64,000 nt of DNA, from positions 23,999-87,998 of the forward strand of contig VGBM01000008.1 in the NCBI GenBank assembly GCA_016870485.1, given 5' to 3'. Shown here one piece after another: positions 8,762-16,587 of this stretch (position 1 is the first letter of the stretch; each line of letters begins with the position of its first letter). Origin of the DNA: Actinomycetota bacterium (GTDB lineage Bacteria > Actinomycetota > Thermoleophilia > Gaiellales > F1-60-MAGs149). The notes beneath the pieces were generated by a model that did no database searches, was not told where the DNA came from, and saw only the letters and a program-made list of their open reading frames with translations. Position numbers and translations under genes: made by a program.

Positions 8762-9483
8762 GCGTCCTTCACCTCCTCCACCGTCGAGATCGCGTCGTGG
8801 AAGATGCTCGCAGCCAGGGCGGCGGAGACCCCGGCCTCCAGCACGTCCGCGATGTCCGCGGGGCCGCTGGCGCCGCCCGAGGCGATGATCGGCACGTCGA
8901 CGGCGTCGAGGAGGCGCGCGTAGAGGTCGAGCGCGTAGCCGGCCTGCGTCCCGTCCTGGTCCATGGCGGTCACGAGCAGCTCGCCCGCCCCGCGCTCCAC
9001 GGCCTCCACGGCCCACGCGACGGCGTCCCGGCCGGTCGGGCGGCGGCCGCCCGCGGCGACGGCCTCCCAGGCCCCGTCGGGGCCCCTGCGGGCGTCGATG
9101 GCGACCACGATGCACTGCGAGCCGTGGCGCTCGGCGCACTCGGCCACGAGACCGGGGCGGTCGAGGGCCGCCGAGTTGATCGACACCTTGTCGGCGCCGG
9201 CGCCGAGCAGGTCGCGCACGTGCGGCTCGTCGGAGACGCCGCCGCCGACGGTCAGCGGCACGTCGATCCGGGTGCCCGCGCCCTCGACCTGCGCGAGCAG
9301 CCCCTGCCAGGACTCGTCGCCCGCGGTGATGTTGAGCCAGCAGATCTCATCGGCACCCTGCTCGGCGTAGCGCAGGGCGGCGTCGACGGGCTCCCCGCAG
9401 TCGCGCAGGTTGACGAACTCGACGCCCTTGACGACGCGGCCGCCGGAGACGTCGAGGCAGGGGATGATGCGACGGCGCAGCAT
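8731..9483 (-). CDS. hisF: Imidazole glycerol phosphate synthase, cyclase subunit
   Basis: [33 protein letters not shown]...PLTVGGGV...[17 protein letters not shown] overlap with the hisH stop at 9483. Confidence 0.96.
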   Translation of the reverse strand: MLRRRIIPCLDVSGGRVVKGVEFVNLRDCGEPVDAALRYAEQGADEICWLNITAGDESWQGLLAQVEGAGTRIDVPLTVGGGVSDEPHVRDLLGAGADKVSINSAALDRPGLVAECAERHGSQCIVVAIDARRGPDGAWEAVAAGGRRPTGRDAVAWAVEAVERGAGELLVTAMDQDGTQAGYALDLYARLLDAVDVPIIASGGASGPADIADVLEAGVSAALAASIFHDAISTVEEVKDACRARSLPMR

Positions 9484-10088
9484 CAGGCGGGCTCCCAGGC
9501 GAGGAAACGCGAGAGGAGCTGCCGGCCGGCCTCGGCCGAGCGCTCCGGGTGGAACTGCGCCCCGGCCACGGAGCCGCGCACGACCATCGAGGCGATGGTC
9601 GCGTCGTCGATGCTCGTGATCGCGAGGGCGGACGGGATGTTGGCGGTGACCGCGTAGGAGTGCGCGAAGTACGCCACGGCGGGCAGGTCCCGGGTCAGCG
9701 GGTGGTCCTGCAGGGGCTCGACATCGTTCCAGCCGAGGTGGGGCAGGCGTGCGGCGCCGCGGATCCGGTGCACGCTGCCGTGCAGGAGCCCGAGGCCCGC
9801 GCAGTCGTCCTCCTCGGAGCGGTCGAAGAGGACCTGCAGCCCGACGCAGACGCCGAGCAGCGGCACGTGGCGTCGCGCGGCGTCGCGGAGGGCGTCGGCG
9901 AGCCCACGGGACTCGAGCGCGGCCATGGCGGCCCCGGCCGCGCCCTGGCCGGCCACCATCAGGCGCTCGGCGCCCGCCACGGCGTCCGGATCGGCCGAGA
10001 CCGCCACCCGCGCGCCGCAGCGCTCGAGCGCGGCGGTCAGCGAGCGCACGTTGCCGCCCCCGTAGTCGACGATCAGGACCGAGGCCAC
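9483..10088 (-). CDS. hisH: Imidazole glycerol phosphate synthase, glutamine amidotransferase subunit
   Basis: VLIVDYGGGNVRSL...LLGVCVGLQVLF...GAQFHPERS (Cys-His-Glu triad context). Confidence 0.95.
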   Translation of the reverse strand: MASVLIVDYGGGNVRSLTAALERCGARVAVSADPDAVAGAERLMVAGQGAAGAAMAALESRGLADALRDAARRHVPLLGVCVGLQVLFDRSEEDDCAGLGLLHGSVHRIRGAARLPHLGWNDVEPLQDHPLTRDLPAVAYFAHSYAVTANIPSALAITSIDDATIASMVVRGSVAGAQFHPERSAEAGRQLLSRFLAWEPA

Positions 10089-11794
10089 TACAGGGAGCCC
10101 TTGGTCGAGGCGATCGCGCCGGCCCGGCGCGGATCGATCGACCAGGCCGCGCGCAGCGCGCGGGCGAGCGCCTTGAAGGCCGCCTCGGCGACGTGGTGGT
10201 CGTCCTCGCCGGACGCCTCCACGTGGATGGTGGCGCGGGCATTGACCGCGATGCAGTCGATCAGGTGCGCGACGAGGCTGGTCGGCAGCTCGCCGATCCG
10301 GTCGGCGGTGAAGGCGATCCGCACGGTGCTGGAGCCACGGCCCGAGAAGTCGACGACGGCCCGGCCGAGCGCCTCGTCGAGCGGTGCGGAGGCGTCGCCG
10401 AAGCGTTGGATGCCGACGCGGTCGCCGAGCGCCGCGTCGATGGCCTGGCCGAGCACGATGCCGCAGTCCTCGACCGTGTGGTGCGGGTCGATGTGCGTGT
10501 CACCCGTGCAGGCGAGGTCGAGGTCCATCAGGGAGTGGTGCCCGAGCGCGGTCAGCATGTGGTCGAGGAAGCCGATGCCCGTGGCCACGAGCGCCTGCCC
10601 GCCGCCGTCGAGGGTGGCCTGCAGCCGGATCGCCGTCTCCTTCGTGGTGCGCTCGATCAGCGCGCCGCGGCCGAACGTCGCCGCGCCGACGGCCGGATCG
10701 TGCGGCGCGGGGGCGGGGCGGCCCAGCAGCTCGGCGAGGCCGGCCAGCAGCCGGTCGTTGTCGGCCGGGACCGACACGCAGGCGCGGATGCAGTCGGCGA
10801 GCAGGGGCTCGTGCCCGAACGTGCGCACCACGAGCCCGCGCGCCGCGAGCTGCGCGAAGGCGTCATCGCCCTGCCAGGGCGTGCGGGCGAGCACGAAGTT
10901 GGCGGCTTCGCCCACGACCTCGAGGCCGAGCTCGCGCACGCCGGCGGCGAGCCGCTCGCGCTCCGCCCGGTAGGCCGCCGTGTCGCGCCGCATGACGTCG
11001 ACGTGGCGCAGGGCCAGCTCGGCGCCGAGCGCGGAGCCGGTGGAGAGGGAGCCGGGCGGGCGCAGCGCGTCGATCGAGCCCGCGATCCCGGGATTGGCGA
11101 TCGCGTAGCCGGCGCGCAGGGCGCCGAGGCCCCAGCCCTTCGAGAAGGTGCGGACGATTACGAGGTTGGGGCAGTCGTCGAGGAGTCCGCTGTGGTCCTG
11201 CGCACCCCCGAACTCGAGGTAGGCCTGGTCGACGGCCACGACGCCGGGGCAGCGCGCGGCGATGGCCCGGATCCGCTCGGCGGGGACCTCCTCCCCCGTC
11301 GGGTTGTTCGGCGAGCAGAGCCAGACGAGGCGCGCCCCCTCGGCGCGGCGCTCGACCTCGTCGAGGTCGAGGCGCAGCCCGCCGCCGGGCAGCGGGTCGA
11401 CGAGGTCGACCTCGGCGCCGGCCATGCGGGCGCCCGTGGCGTGCAGCTGGTAGGTGGGGCGCGGAACGACGGCGCGATCGCCGCGCCCGAGCGCGATCCA
11501 GGCGGTCAGGAGGATGGCCTCGTCGCCGCCCGCGGTCGGCACGACGTGGTCGGGCGTCAGCCCGACGTAAGCCGCGATCGCGCGCTTGAGGTCGGCGTAG
11601 TCGGCCTCGGGGTAGGAGGAGACCGACTGCGCGGCGATCGTGCGCGCGATGCCGGGCCACCACGAGGGGTTCAGGGGCAGCGTGTTGAGGTCGAAGCGGG
11701 CGACGTCGCCCGCGGGCACGCCCTCCTGCCAGCGGTACGGCGACGGCTTCGCCAGCTCCGGGCGGATCCAGGGGATGTCGAGGGGCTCGCTCAC
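10088..11794 (-). CDS. hisC-hisB: Fusion protein: histidinol-phosphate aminotransferase (N) + imidazoleglycerol-phosphate dehydratase (C)
   Basis: One uninterrupted 568-aa frame. Residues 1 to ~365 are HisC-like (SYPEADYADLKRAIAAY, CSPNNPTGEEV, VRTFSKGWGLGALRAGY). Residues ~375-568 are IGPD (ERTTKETAIRLQATLDGGG, GIGFLDHMLTALGHHS, DPHHTVEDCGIVLGQA, HHVAEAAFKALARAL). I saw no in-frame start or stop in the PAPAPHDPAVGAATFGRG linker. Confidence 0.9.
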   Translation of the reverse strand: MSEPLDIPWIRPELAKPSPYRWQEGVPAGDVARFDLNTLPLNPSWWPGIARTIAAQSVSSYPEADYADLKRAIAAYVGLTPDHVVPTAGGDEAILLTAWIALGRGDRAVVPRPTYQLHATGARMAGAEVDLVDPLPGGGLRLDLDEVERRAEGARLVWLCSPNNPTGEEVPAERIRAIAARCPGVVAVDQAYLEFGGAQDHSGLLDDCPNLVIVRTFSKGWGLGALRAGYAIANPGIAGSIDALRPPGSLSTGSALGAELALRHVDVMRRDTAAYRAERERLAAGVRELGLEVVGEAANFVLARTPWQGDDAFAQLAARGLVVRTFGHEPLLADCIRACVSVPADNDRLLAGLAELLGRPAPAPHDPAVGAATFGRGALIERTTKETAIRLQATLDGGGQALVATGIGFLDHMLTALGHHSLMDLDLACTGDTHIDPHHTVEDCGIVLGQAIDAALGDRVGIQRFGDASAPLDEALGRAVVDFSGRGSSTVRIAFTADRIGELPTSLVAHLIDCIAVNARATIHVEASGEDDHHVAEAAFKALARALRAAWSIDPRRAGAIASTKGSL

Positions 11795-12645
11795 GGGATC
11801 AGGTGCTCGATGGGGACGACGAGCAGTCCGCTCGCGCCCGCCTCCTTGAGAGGATGCAACAGCCGGGGCAGATCCGCGACATCGACGACCGCGTGCACCG
11901 CGTGCATGTCGGCCCGGGCCAGCGGCAGCACCGTCGGGGCGTCGAGCCCGGGCAGGAGCGCCAGGATGCGGTCCAGCGCCACGTCCGGGGCGTTCAGCAT
12001 CAGGTAGCGCTTGGGCCGGGCGGCCAGCACCGACTCGACGGCGGTCCGCAGCACGGCGACGCGGTCGTCGTCGGCCACGCGGTCGGCGGCGATCAGGACC
12101 GCCTCGGAGCGCAGCACCGTGTCGATGATGCGCAGGCCGTTCTGGCGCAGCGTCTCGCCGGTGGAGACGAGGTCGCAGATCGCGTCGGCGGCGCCGATCG
12201 TGGGGGCCAGCTCGATCGACCCCGACAGGGTCGTCACGTCGGCCTCGACGCCGTGCTCCGCCAGGTGGGACCGCAGGACGTGGGGGTGGGAGGTGGCGAT
12301 CCGGCGGCCCGCCAGGTCGCCCACGGTCGCGATCCCCGCCTCGACGGGAGCGGCGAGGGCGAGCGTGCAGGCCCCGAAGCCGAGCGCCACGAGCACGCCG
12401 AGGCCGGCAGCGCCGTGCTCGGCGAGCTGGTTGCCTCCGACGACGCCGACGTCCGCCGCGCCGTCGCGCAGCAGGGTGGGGATGTCGTCCGTGCGCGCGT
12501 AGAGGAGCTCAACCCCCTGACCCGCGACCGGCACGAGCAGCCGCCGGTCGTCGCCGGGGATGGGGATCCCGGCGTCGGCGAGCAGGCTGCGCGTCGGGTC
12601 GGCGAGGCGCCCCTTGGAGGGCACCGCGATGCGCAGGGCGCTCAT
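11791..12645 (-). CDS. hisG: ATP phosphoribosyltransferase, long form
   Basis: ATG at 12645 in ORF 11791..12705. MSALRIAVPSKGRL...DLVSTGETLRQNGL, plus a C-terminal regulatory domain (KRYLMLNAP...). ATGA overlap with the upstream regulator gene and GTGA overlap with the hisC-hisB start. Confidence 0.94.
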   Translation of the reverse strand: MSALRIAVPSKGRLADPTRSLLADAGIPIPGDDRRLLVPVAGQGVELLYARTDDIPTLLRDGAADVGVVGGNQLAEHGAAGLGVLVALGFGACTLALAAPVEAGIATVGDLAGRRIATSHPHVLRSHLAEHGVEADVTTLSGSIELAPTIGAADAICDLVSTGETLRQNGLRIIDTVLRSEAVLIAADRVADDDRVAVLRTAVESVLAARPKRYLMLNAPDVALDRILALLPGLDAPTVLPLARADMHAVHAVVDVADLPRLLHPLKEAGASGLLVVPIEHLIP

Positions 12646-12947
12646 CGGGGCCGGCCCAGCCGGTCCAACACGGCCCGATAGCCGCCTTCGCCGTGGCGCA
12701 GCCACTGGGCGACGCGGGTGACGGTGGCGGTCGAGGCGCCGAGGCGCTTGGCGACCTCGGCGTAGGGCAGGCCGGCGTCGACGAGGCGCGCCGCCTCCAG
12801 CCGCTGGGCCAGCGCCCCGAGCTCGGTGAAGGAGCAGACGTCGCGCAGGAACGCGAGCATCGTCTCGCGGTCGTCGATCTCGATAAGCGCGTCGGCGAGC
12901 TGCTCGACGGCCGGGGTCCTCCAGGTGGTCTCCGCAGATTGTTTCAT
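12642..12947 (-). CDS. TrpR-like YerC/YecD family DNA-binding protein (candidate his regulator)
   Basis: 101 aa: ...LADALIEIDDRETMLAFLRDVCSFTELGALAQRLEAARLVDAGLPYAEVAKRLGASTATVTRVAQWLRHGEGGY. This is the typical YerC/YecD (Trp repressor-like) layout. It is the first gene of the his operon. Confidence 0.8.
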   Translation of the reverse strand: MKQSAETTWRTPAVEQLADALIEIDDRETMLAFLRDVCSFTELGALAQRLEAARLVDAGLPYAEVAKRLGASTATVTRVAQWLRHGEGGYRAVLDRLGRPR

Positions 12948-12948
12948 C

Positions 12949-12966
12949 GTGTTAGCATGCTAACAC
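12949..12966. promoter_or_regulatory. 18-bp perfect palindrome GTGTTAGCATGCTAACAC, candidate shared operator with overlapping divergent -10 elements
   Basis: It fills the 20-bp gap between the regulator start codon (12945-12947, minus) and the hisA GTG (12968). The dyad centre is equidistant (10.5 bp) from both start codons. TAGCAT (TANNNT-like -10) reads outward on both strands. Confidence 0.65.
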
Positions 12967-12967
12967 A

Positions 12968-13726
12968 GTGAACGGCCCCCGTGACGACTTCCTGCTCTAC
13001 CCGGCGATCGACCTGGTCGCCGGCCGGGCGGTGCGGCTTCTGCACGGGCAGTTCGACCAGATCCTGACGAACGAGCTGGACGACGCTCTCGAGCGGGCGC
13101 GCCGCGTCTGGGAGGCCGGCTCGCGCGCCCTGCATGTGATCGACCTCGATGCGGCGCGCAGTGGGGAGCCCGCCGAGCCGAACCGCGGCCTCGTCCGCGC
13201 GATCGCCGCCGCGAAGCCCCCGACGGGGCTCCTGCAGGTCGGCGGGGGCCTGCGCAGCGCCGCGGCCGTGGACCGCCTGATCGCCGATGGCGTCGACCGC
13301 GTCCTGATCGGCACCATGGCCTTCCGGGAGCCCGAGCTCCTCGACGCCCTGATCGCGCACCACGGCGCGGCGATCGCCGTCGCCATCGACAGCCGCGGGG
13401 GCAGCGTGCGCATCGCCGGCTGGCAGGAGGACGCGGGCGTCCCCGTGGCGGAGGCGGCGCGCGAGCTCGTCGACCGCGGCGTACGGCACCTCCTCGTCAC
13501 CGGGATCGACCGCGACGGCTCCCTCGCCGGTCCCGACCTCGCGCTCCTGGAGGGCGTCCTGGCGGCCGTGGCGGGGGGCCGGGCCGGGGTGATCGCCGCC
13601 GGGGGCGTGACCACGGCGGGGGACGTGCGGAACGCCCGCGCCCTCGGCTGTGCCGGCGCCGTCGTCGGCCGGGCGCTCCTGGACGATCCGGACCTGCTCG
13701 CCGAGCTGCTCGCCGCGGCCGCCTAA
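12968..13726 (+). CDS. hisA: ProFAR isomerase HisA (a PriA-type bifunctional HisA/TrpF cannot be excluded)
   Basis: LLYPAIDLVAGRAVRLLHGQFDQ...LQVGGGLRS...LLVTGIDRDGSLAGPD...IAAGGVTTAGDV. Confidence 0.92.
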   Translation: MNGPRDDFLLYPAIDLVAGRAVRLLHGQFDQILTNELDDALERARRVWEAGSRALHVIDLDAARSGEPAEPNRGLVRAIAAAKPPTGLLQVGGGLRSAAAVDRLIADGVDRVLIGTMAFREPELLDALIAHHGAAIAVAIDSRGGSVRIAGWQEDAGVPVAEAARELVDRGVRHLLVTGIDRDGSLAGPDLALLEGVLAAVAGGRAGVIAAGGVTTAGDVRNARALGCAGAVVGRALLDDPDLLAELLAAAA

Positions 13727-14044
13727 CAGCGCCGATCCGACCACCGCCTCGAAGGGTGATTGAGGGGTACGCATGAACCTCAGGCTCAGATTTCTGCGGT
13801 TTCACTTGAGCGTTTTCGGCCGCCTGGGCGTGATCGAGACCGTTCCGTTACGCACAGCTTCTCGCGACGAAACACGATAAATAAGCCAAAGATGGGGAAT
13901 ACCCTCAGCCTTCGGTTGAGGCATTTACGAAAACGCAACCGGCTCGAGCTTGCGGGTAGCATGGGATTGCCCGTACAGTCTCGATCTCTTTAGAGGGTTC
14001 TGCCCTCAGTCAGAGACCGAGACTCCTAACCGTCGATCTGAGAA
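13727..14044 (+). promoter_or_regulatory. AT-richer structured 5' leader upstream of the NlpC/P60 gene (candidate riboswitch or cis-regulatory RNA)
   Basis: Visibly lower GC than the flanks (GATAAATAAGCCAAAGAT, CATTTACGAAAAC). Hairpins at 13903-13921 (CCUCAGCC/GGUUGAGG) and 13952-13974 (GCGGG/CCCGU). A three-tier hairpin at 13978-14023 (GUCUCG/CGAGAC, UCUCU/AGAGA, GAGGG/CCCUC) ends 21 nt before the ATG. Confidence 0.5.
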
Positions 14045-15115
14045 ATGACTTTCCAGCGTACCACCCGCACCGTCGCCCTCGTCCTGGTCGTCCTCGTCGC
14101 GTTCTCGGGGGTCGCCGACGCCAAGCGCAAGAAAAAGCGCAAGCCCGCCCGCGCCGTCGCCACGCTCCCCGCCGAGGGGCGCAACCTCCACCAGAGCGCG
14201 ATCTCGGTCGTGCTCGCCGCCGGCGTGATGCCGGGCGCGACCGCCGAGACGATGCGCCCGGATGAGCCGCTCGACGGGCCGGCGCTGCAGGCGTTCGTGC
14301 AGGCCGCCTTCCCCAAGACCGGCAAGCGCGTGCGCCAGATCGCGGCGGGGCAGACCGTGACCATGGGCGACGTCAACGCGATCTTCGTCGAGGCCGCCGG
14401 GATGGGCCCGACCGCGGTGCGCGCGGAGGAGCTGATCGCGAACGCCGGCTACGTGGTGCGCCCGGGCCTCGGCACCGAGATCGTCGCCCGCCTGATGCGG
14501 CTGCGGACGAACCTCGATCAGGCCGAGGACGCCAAGGAGCACGCCTGGTACGAGCAGGCCTCCCGCGGCGACGCGATCTGGTCGACGGCGGTCGTCCTGA
14601 AGTGGGGTGGCTGGGAGAAGCAGTCCGCGATCGACACGGTCGAGCTGCTCGCGCAGGTCCCGCAGACGGCAGGCCCTCAGCACGACGCGATCCAGCGGGC
14701 CTTCGACTTCATCGGGATGCCCTACATCTGGGGCGGCACCTCCGAGCAGCCGCAGATCCTGTTCGGGGCGAACACCGCGGGCGGGTTCGACTGCTCCGGC
14801 TTCACATGGCGCATCCTTGCGCTCGACCCGACGGCGCCGAAGCAGGCCGCGAAGAACTTCGGCGGCCGCACCACGTTCGAGATGGCCCGCACGGCCAAGC
14901 CCGAGCAGCGACTGCCGCGCGAGGCGATCCAGCCCGCCGACATCCTCCTGTTCGGCCCGGGCGGCCTGACCGGGGCCTCCGACGGCATCAACCACACCGG
15001 GATGGCGATCTCGCCGCAGCTGTTCATCCACTCCTCGGGGCAGGGCGTCGCCCTGGCCCGCTGGGACACGGGCTACTACCTCGACCGGCTCGCCTTCGGC
15101 AAGCGGATCCTCTAG
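14045..15115 (+). CDS. Secreted NlpC/P60 family peptidoglycan hydrolase
   Basis: Signal peptide MTFQRTTRTVALVLVVLVAFSGVADA. C-terminal NlpC/P60 domain PYIWGGTSE...GFDCSGFTWRI...INHTGMAISPQLFIHS (Cys and His catalytic residues). Confidence 0.9.
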   Translation: MTFQRTTRTVALVLVVLVAFSGVADAKRKKKRKPARAVATLPAEGRNLHQSAISVVLAAGVMPGATAETMRPDEPLDGPALQAFVQAAFPKTGKRVRQIAAGQTVTMGDVNAIFVEAAGMGPTAVRAEELIANAGYVVRPGLGTEIVARLMRLRTNLDQAEDAKEHAWYEQASRGDAIWSTAVVLKWGGWEKQSAIDTVELLAQVPQTAGPQHDAIQRAFDFIGMPYIWGGTSEQPQILFGANTAGGFDCSGFTWRILALDPTAPKQAAKNFGGRTTFEMARTAKPEQRLPREAIQPADILLFGPGGLTGASDGINHTGMAISPQLFIHSSGQGVALARWDTGYYLDRLAFGKRIL

Positions 15116-15139
15116 GCGCGGCCGGCGCCCGCGGGGCCG

Positions 15140-15628
15140 CTAGGCCCCGTGGCAGCGCTTGTACTTGCGCCCGGACCCACAGGGGCAGGGGTCGTTGCGC
15201 CCGACCTTCGCGCCGCCGAAGCGGGCGTCGAGGCTCGGCAGATCGTCCACCGCGGTCTCGATCGGCCCGGCGTCGGTGGCGGCGCGGACCCGCTCGAGCT
15301 CCAGCACCTCGTCGTGGTCAAGGGTCAACACCGTCTCGACGGGATCGGGGTGCGCGACGGGCCGCGGCGGGTCGCCCGCGGCGAGGCCGAGGCCCTCGAG
15401 CAGGGCGACGGCCTCTTCCGCGTCGAGCTCGCTCGGGACCGCCGGCACGTCGAGGCGCGACGGGGCCACGAGGCGGAAGCGCTCCCACGCTGCGAGGTCG
15501 CCGGGGCCCTGCGGGCCGACCAGGCCCTCGAGCGCGCGCCGGCGCCGGCCCGCGGGGCCGTCGAGGGCCCGCAGGACGTCCGCGAGGCGGGGCGGGAGCC
15601 AGTGCGTCCAGCCGAGATCCAAGCGCAC
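15140..15628 (-). CDS. SEC-C metal-binding motif protein
   Basis: The C-terminus [20 protein letters not shown] is the SEC-C zinc motif. The rest is unassigned. Confidence 0.75.
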   Translation of the reverse strand: MRLDLGWTHWLPPRLADVLRALDGPAGRRRRALEGLVGPQGPGDLAAWERFRLVAPSRLDVPAVPSELDAEEAVALLEGLGLAAGDPPRPVAHPDPVETVLTLDHDEVLELERVRAATDAGPIETAVDDLPSLDARFGGAKVGRNDPCPCGSGRKYKRCHGA

Positions 15629-15675
15629 AGCCTAGCGGCGTCGGGTAGGCTGGCCCCGACCGAAGGAGGGGTGCC

Positions 15676-16587
15676 GTGGCGGACGCCGATCTCGACCAGA
15701 TCCTCGACGACGTGGAGGAGCTCAGGGAGCGCACGCGGGTCGTGGATCTGGCCGGCGGGCTGACGAACCACAACTACCGCGTCGACGCCCCCGGCGGCGC
15801 CTACGTGGTGCGGATCTCCGACCCGGACACGGGCCTCCTCGCGATCGACCGCGACAACGAGCACGTCAACACGGTCGCCGCCGCCGAGGCCGGCGTCGGG
15901 GCCCGCGTCGTCGCCTATCGGCCCGAGCATACGATGCTGGTGCTCGAGTTCCTTGAGGGCATGGAGACGATGTCGAAGGAGGCGATGCAGCGCGGCGACC
16001 GCCTCGCGCAGGCGGCGGACGCCATGCGCCGGCTGCACGCCGGGCCGGCCTTCCGCGACCGCTTCGACATGTTCCGGATCCAGGCGGGGTACCGGGAGGT
16101 CTGCGGCGCGCGTGGCTTCGCGCTGCCCGACCGCTACGACGACTTCGCCGCGCAGGTGCGGCGGCTCGAGGAGGCGATGCGCGTCTGGCCCGAGCCGCTC
16201 GTGCCGTGCAACAACGACCTGCTCGCGGAGAACTTCCTCTGGGACGGGTCCGGCTTCCGGCTGATCGACTACGAGTACTCGGGCATGAACGAGGCCTCGT
16301 TCGAGATCGGCAACGTCTGGAGCGAGTCCGACCTGACCCTCGACCAGCTCGAGGAGCTCGTCGGCGCCTACTGGGGCGAGGCGACGCCGGCCAGGGTCGC
16401 GCGCGCCCGCATGTGGGGGCTGATGTCGAAGCACGGTTGGACCCTCTGGGGCGTCATCCAGCACAACCTCTCCACCATCGACTTCGACTTCTGGGAGTGG
16501 CTGATGGACAAGCACGAGCGCGCCATCGCCGAGTTCGACGGCCCCGCCTTCGACGGCCTGCTCGCCGACATCGCCGAGGATGGCTGA
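15676..16587 (+). CDS. Phosphotransferase, APH / choline-ethanolamine kinase family
   Basis: GGLTNHNYRV nucleotide-loop region and Brenner/catalytic motif CNNDLLAENFLW...RLIDYEYSGMN. Confidence 0.82.
   Translation: MADADLDQILDDVEELRERTRVVDLAGGLTNHNYRVDAPGGAYVVRISDPDTGLLAIDRDNEHVNTVAAAEAGVGARVVAYRPEHTMLVLEFLEGMETMSKEAMQRGDRLAQAADAMRRLHAGPAFRDRFDMFRIQAGYREVCGARGFALPDRYDDFAAQVRRLEEAMRVWPEPLVPCNNDLLAENFLWDGSGFRLIDYEYSGMNEASFEIGNVWSESDLTLDQLEELVGAYWGEATPARVARARMWGLMSKHGWTLWGVIQHNLSTIDFDFWEWLMDKHERAIAEFDGPAFDGLLADIAEDG

Noticed and set aside
13760-13993. 77-aa ORF inside the NlpC/P60 leader region
   Set aside because: It has low GC and no third-position bias, and its composition is odd (MRGTHEPQAQISAVSLERF...). 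It overlaps the predicted RNA hairpins. The region is better explained as non-coding leader.
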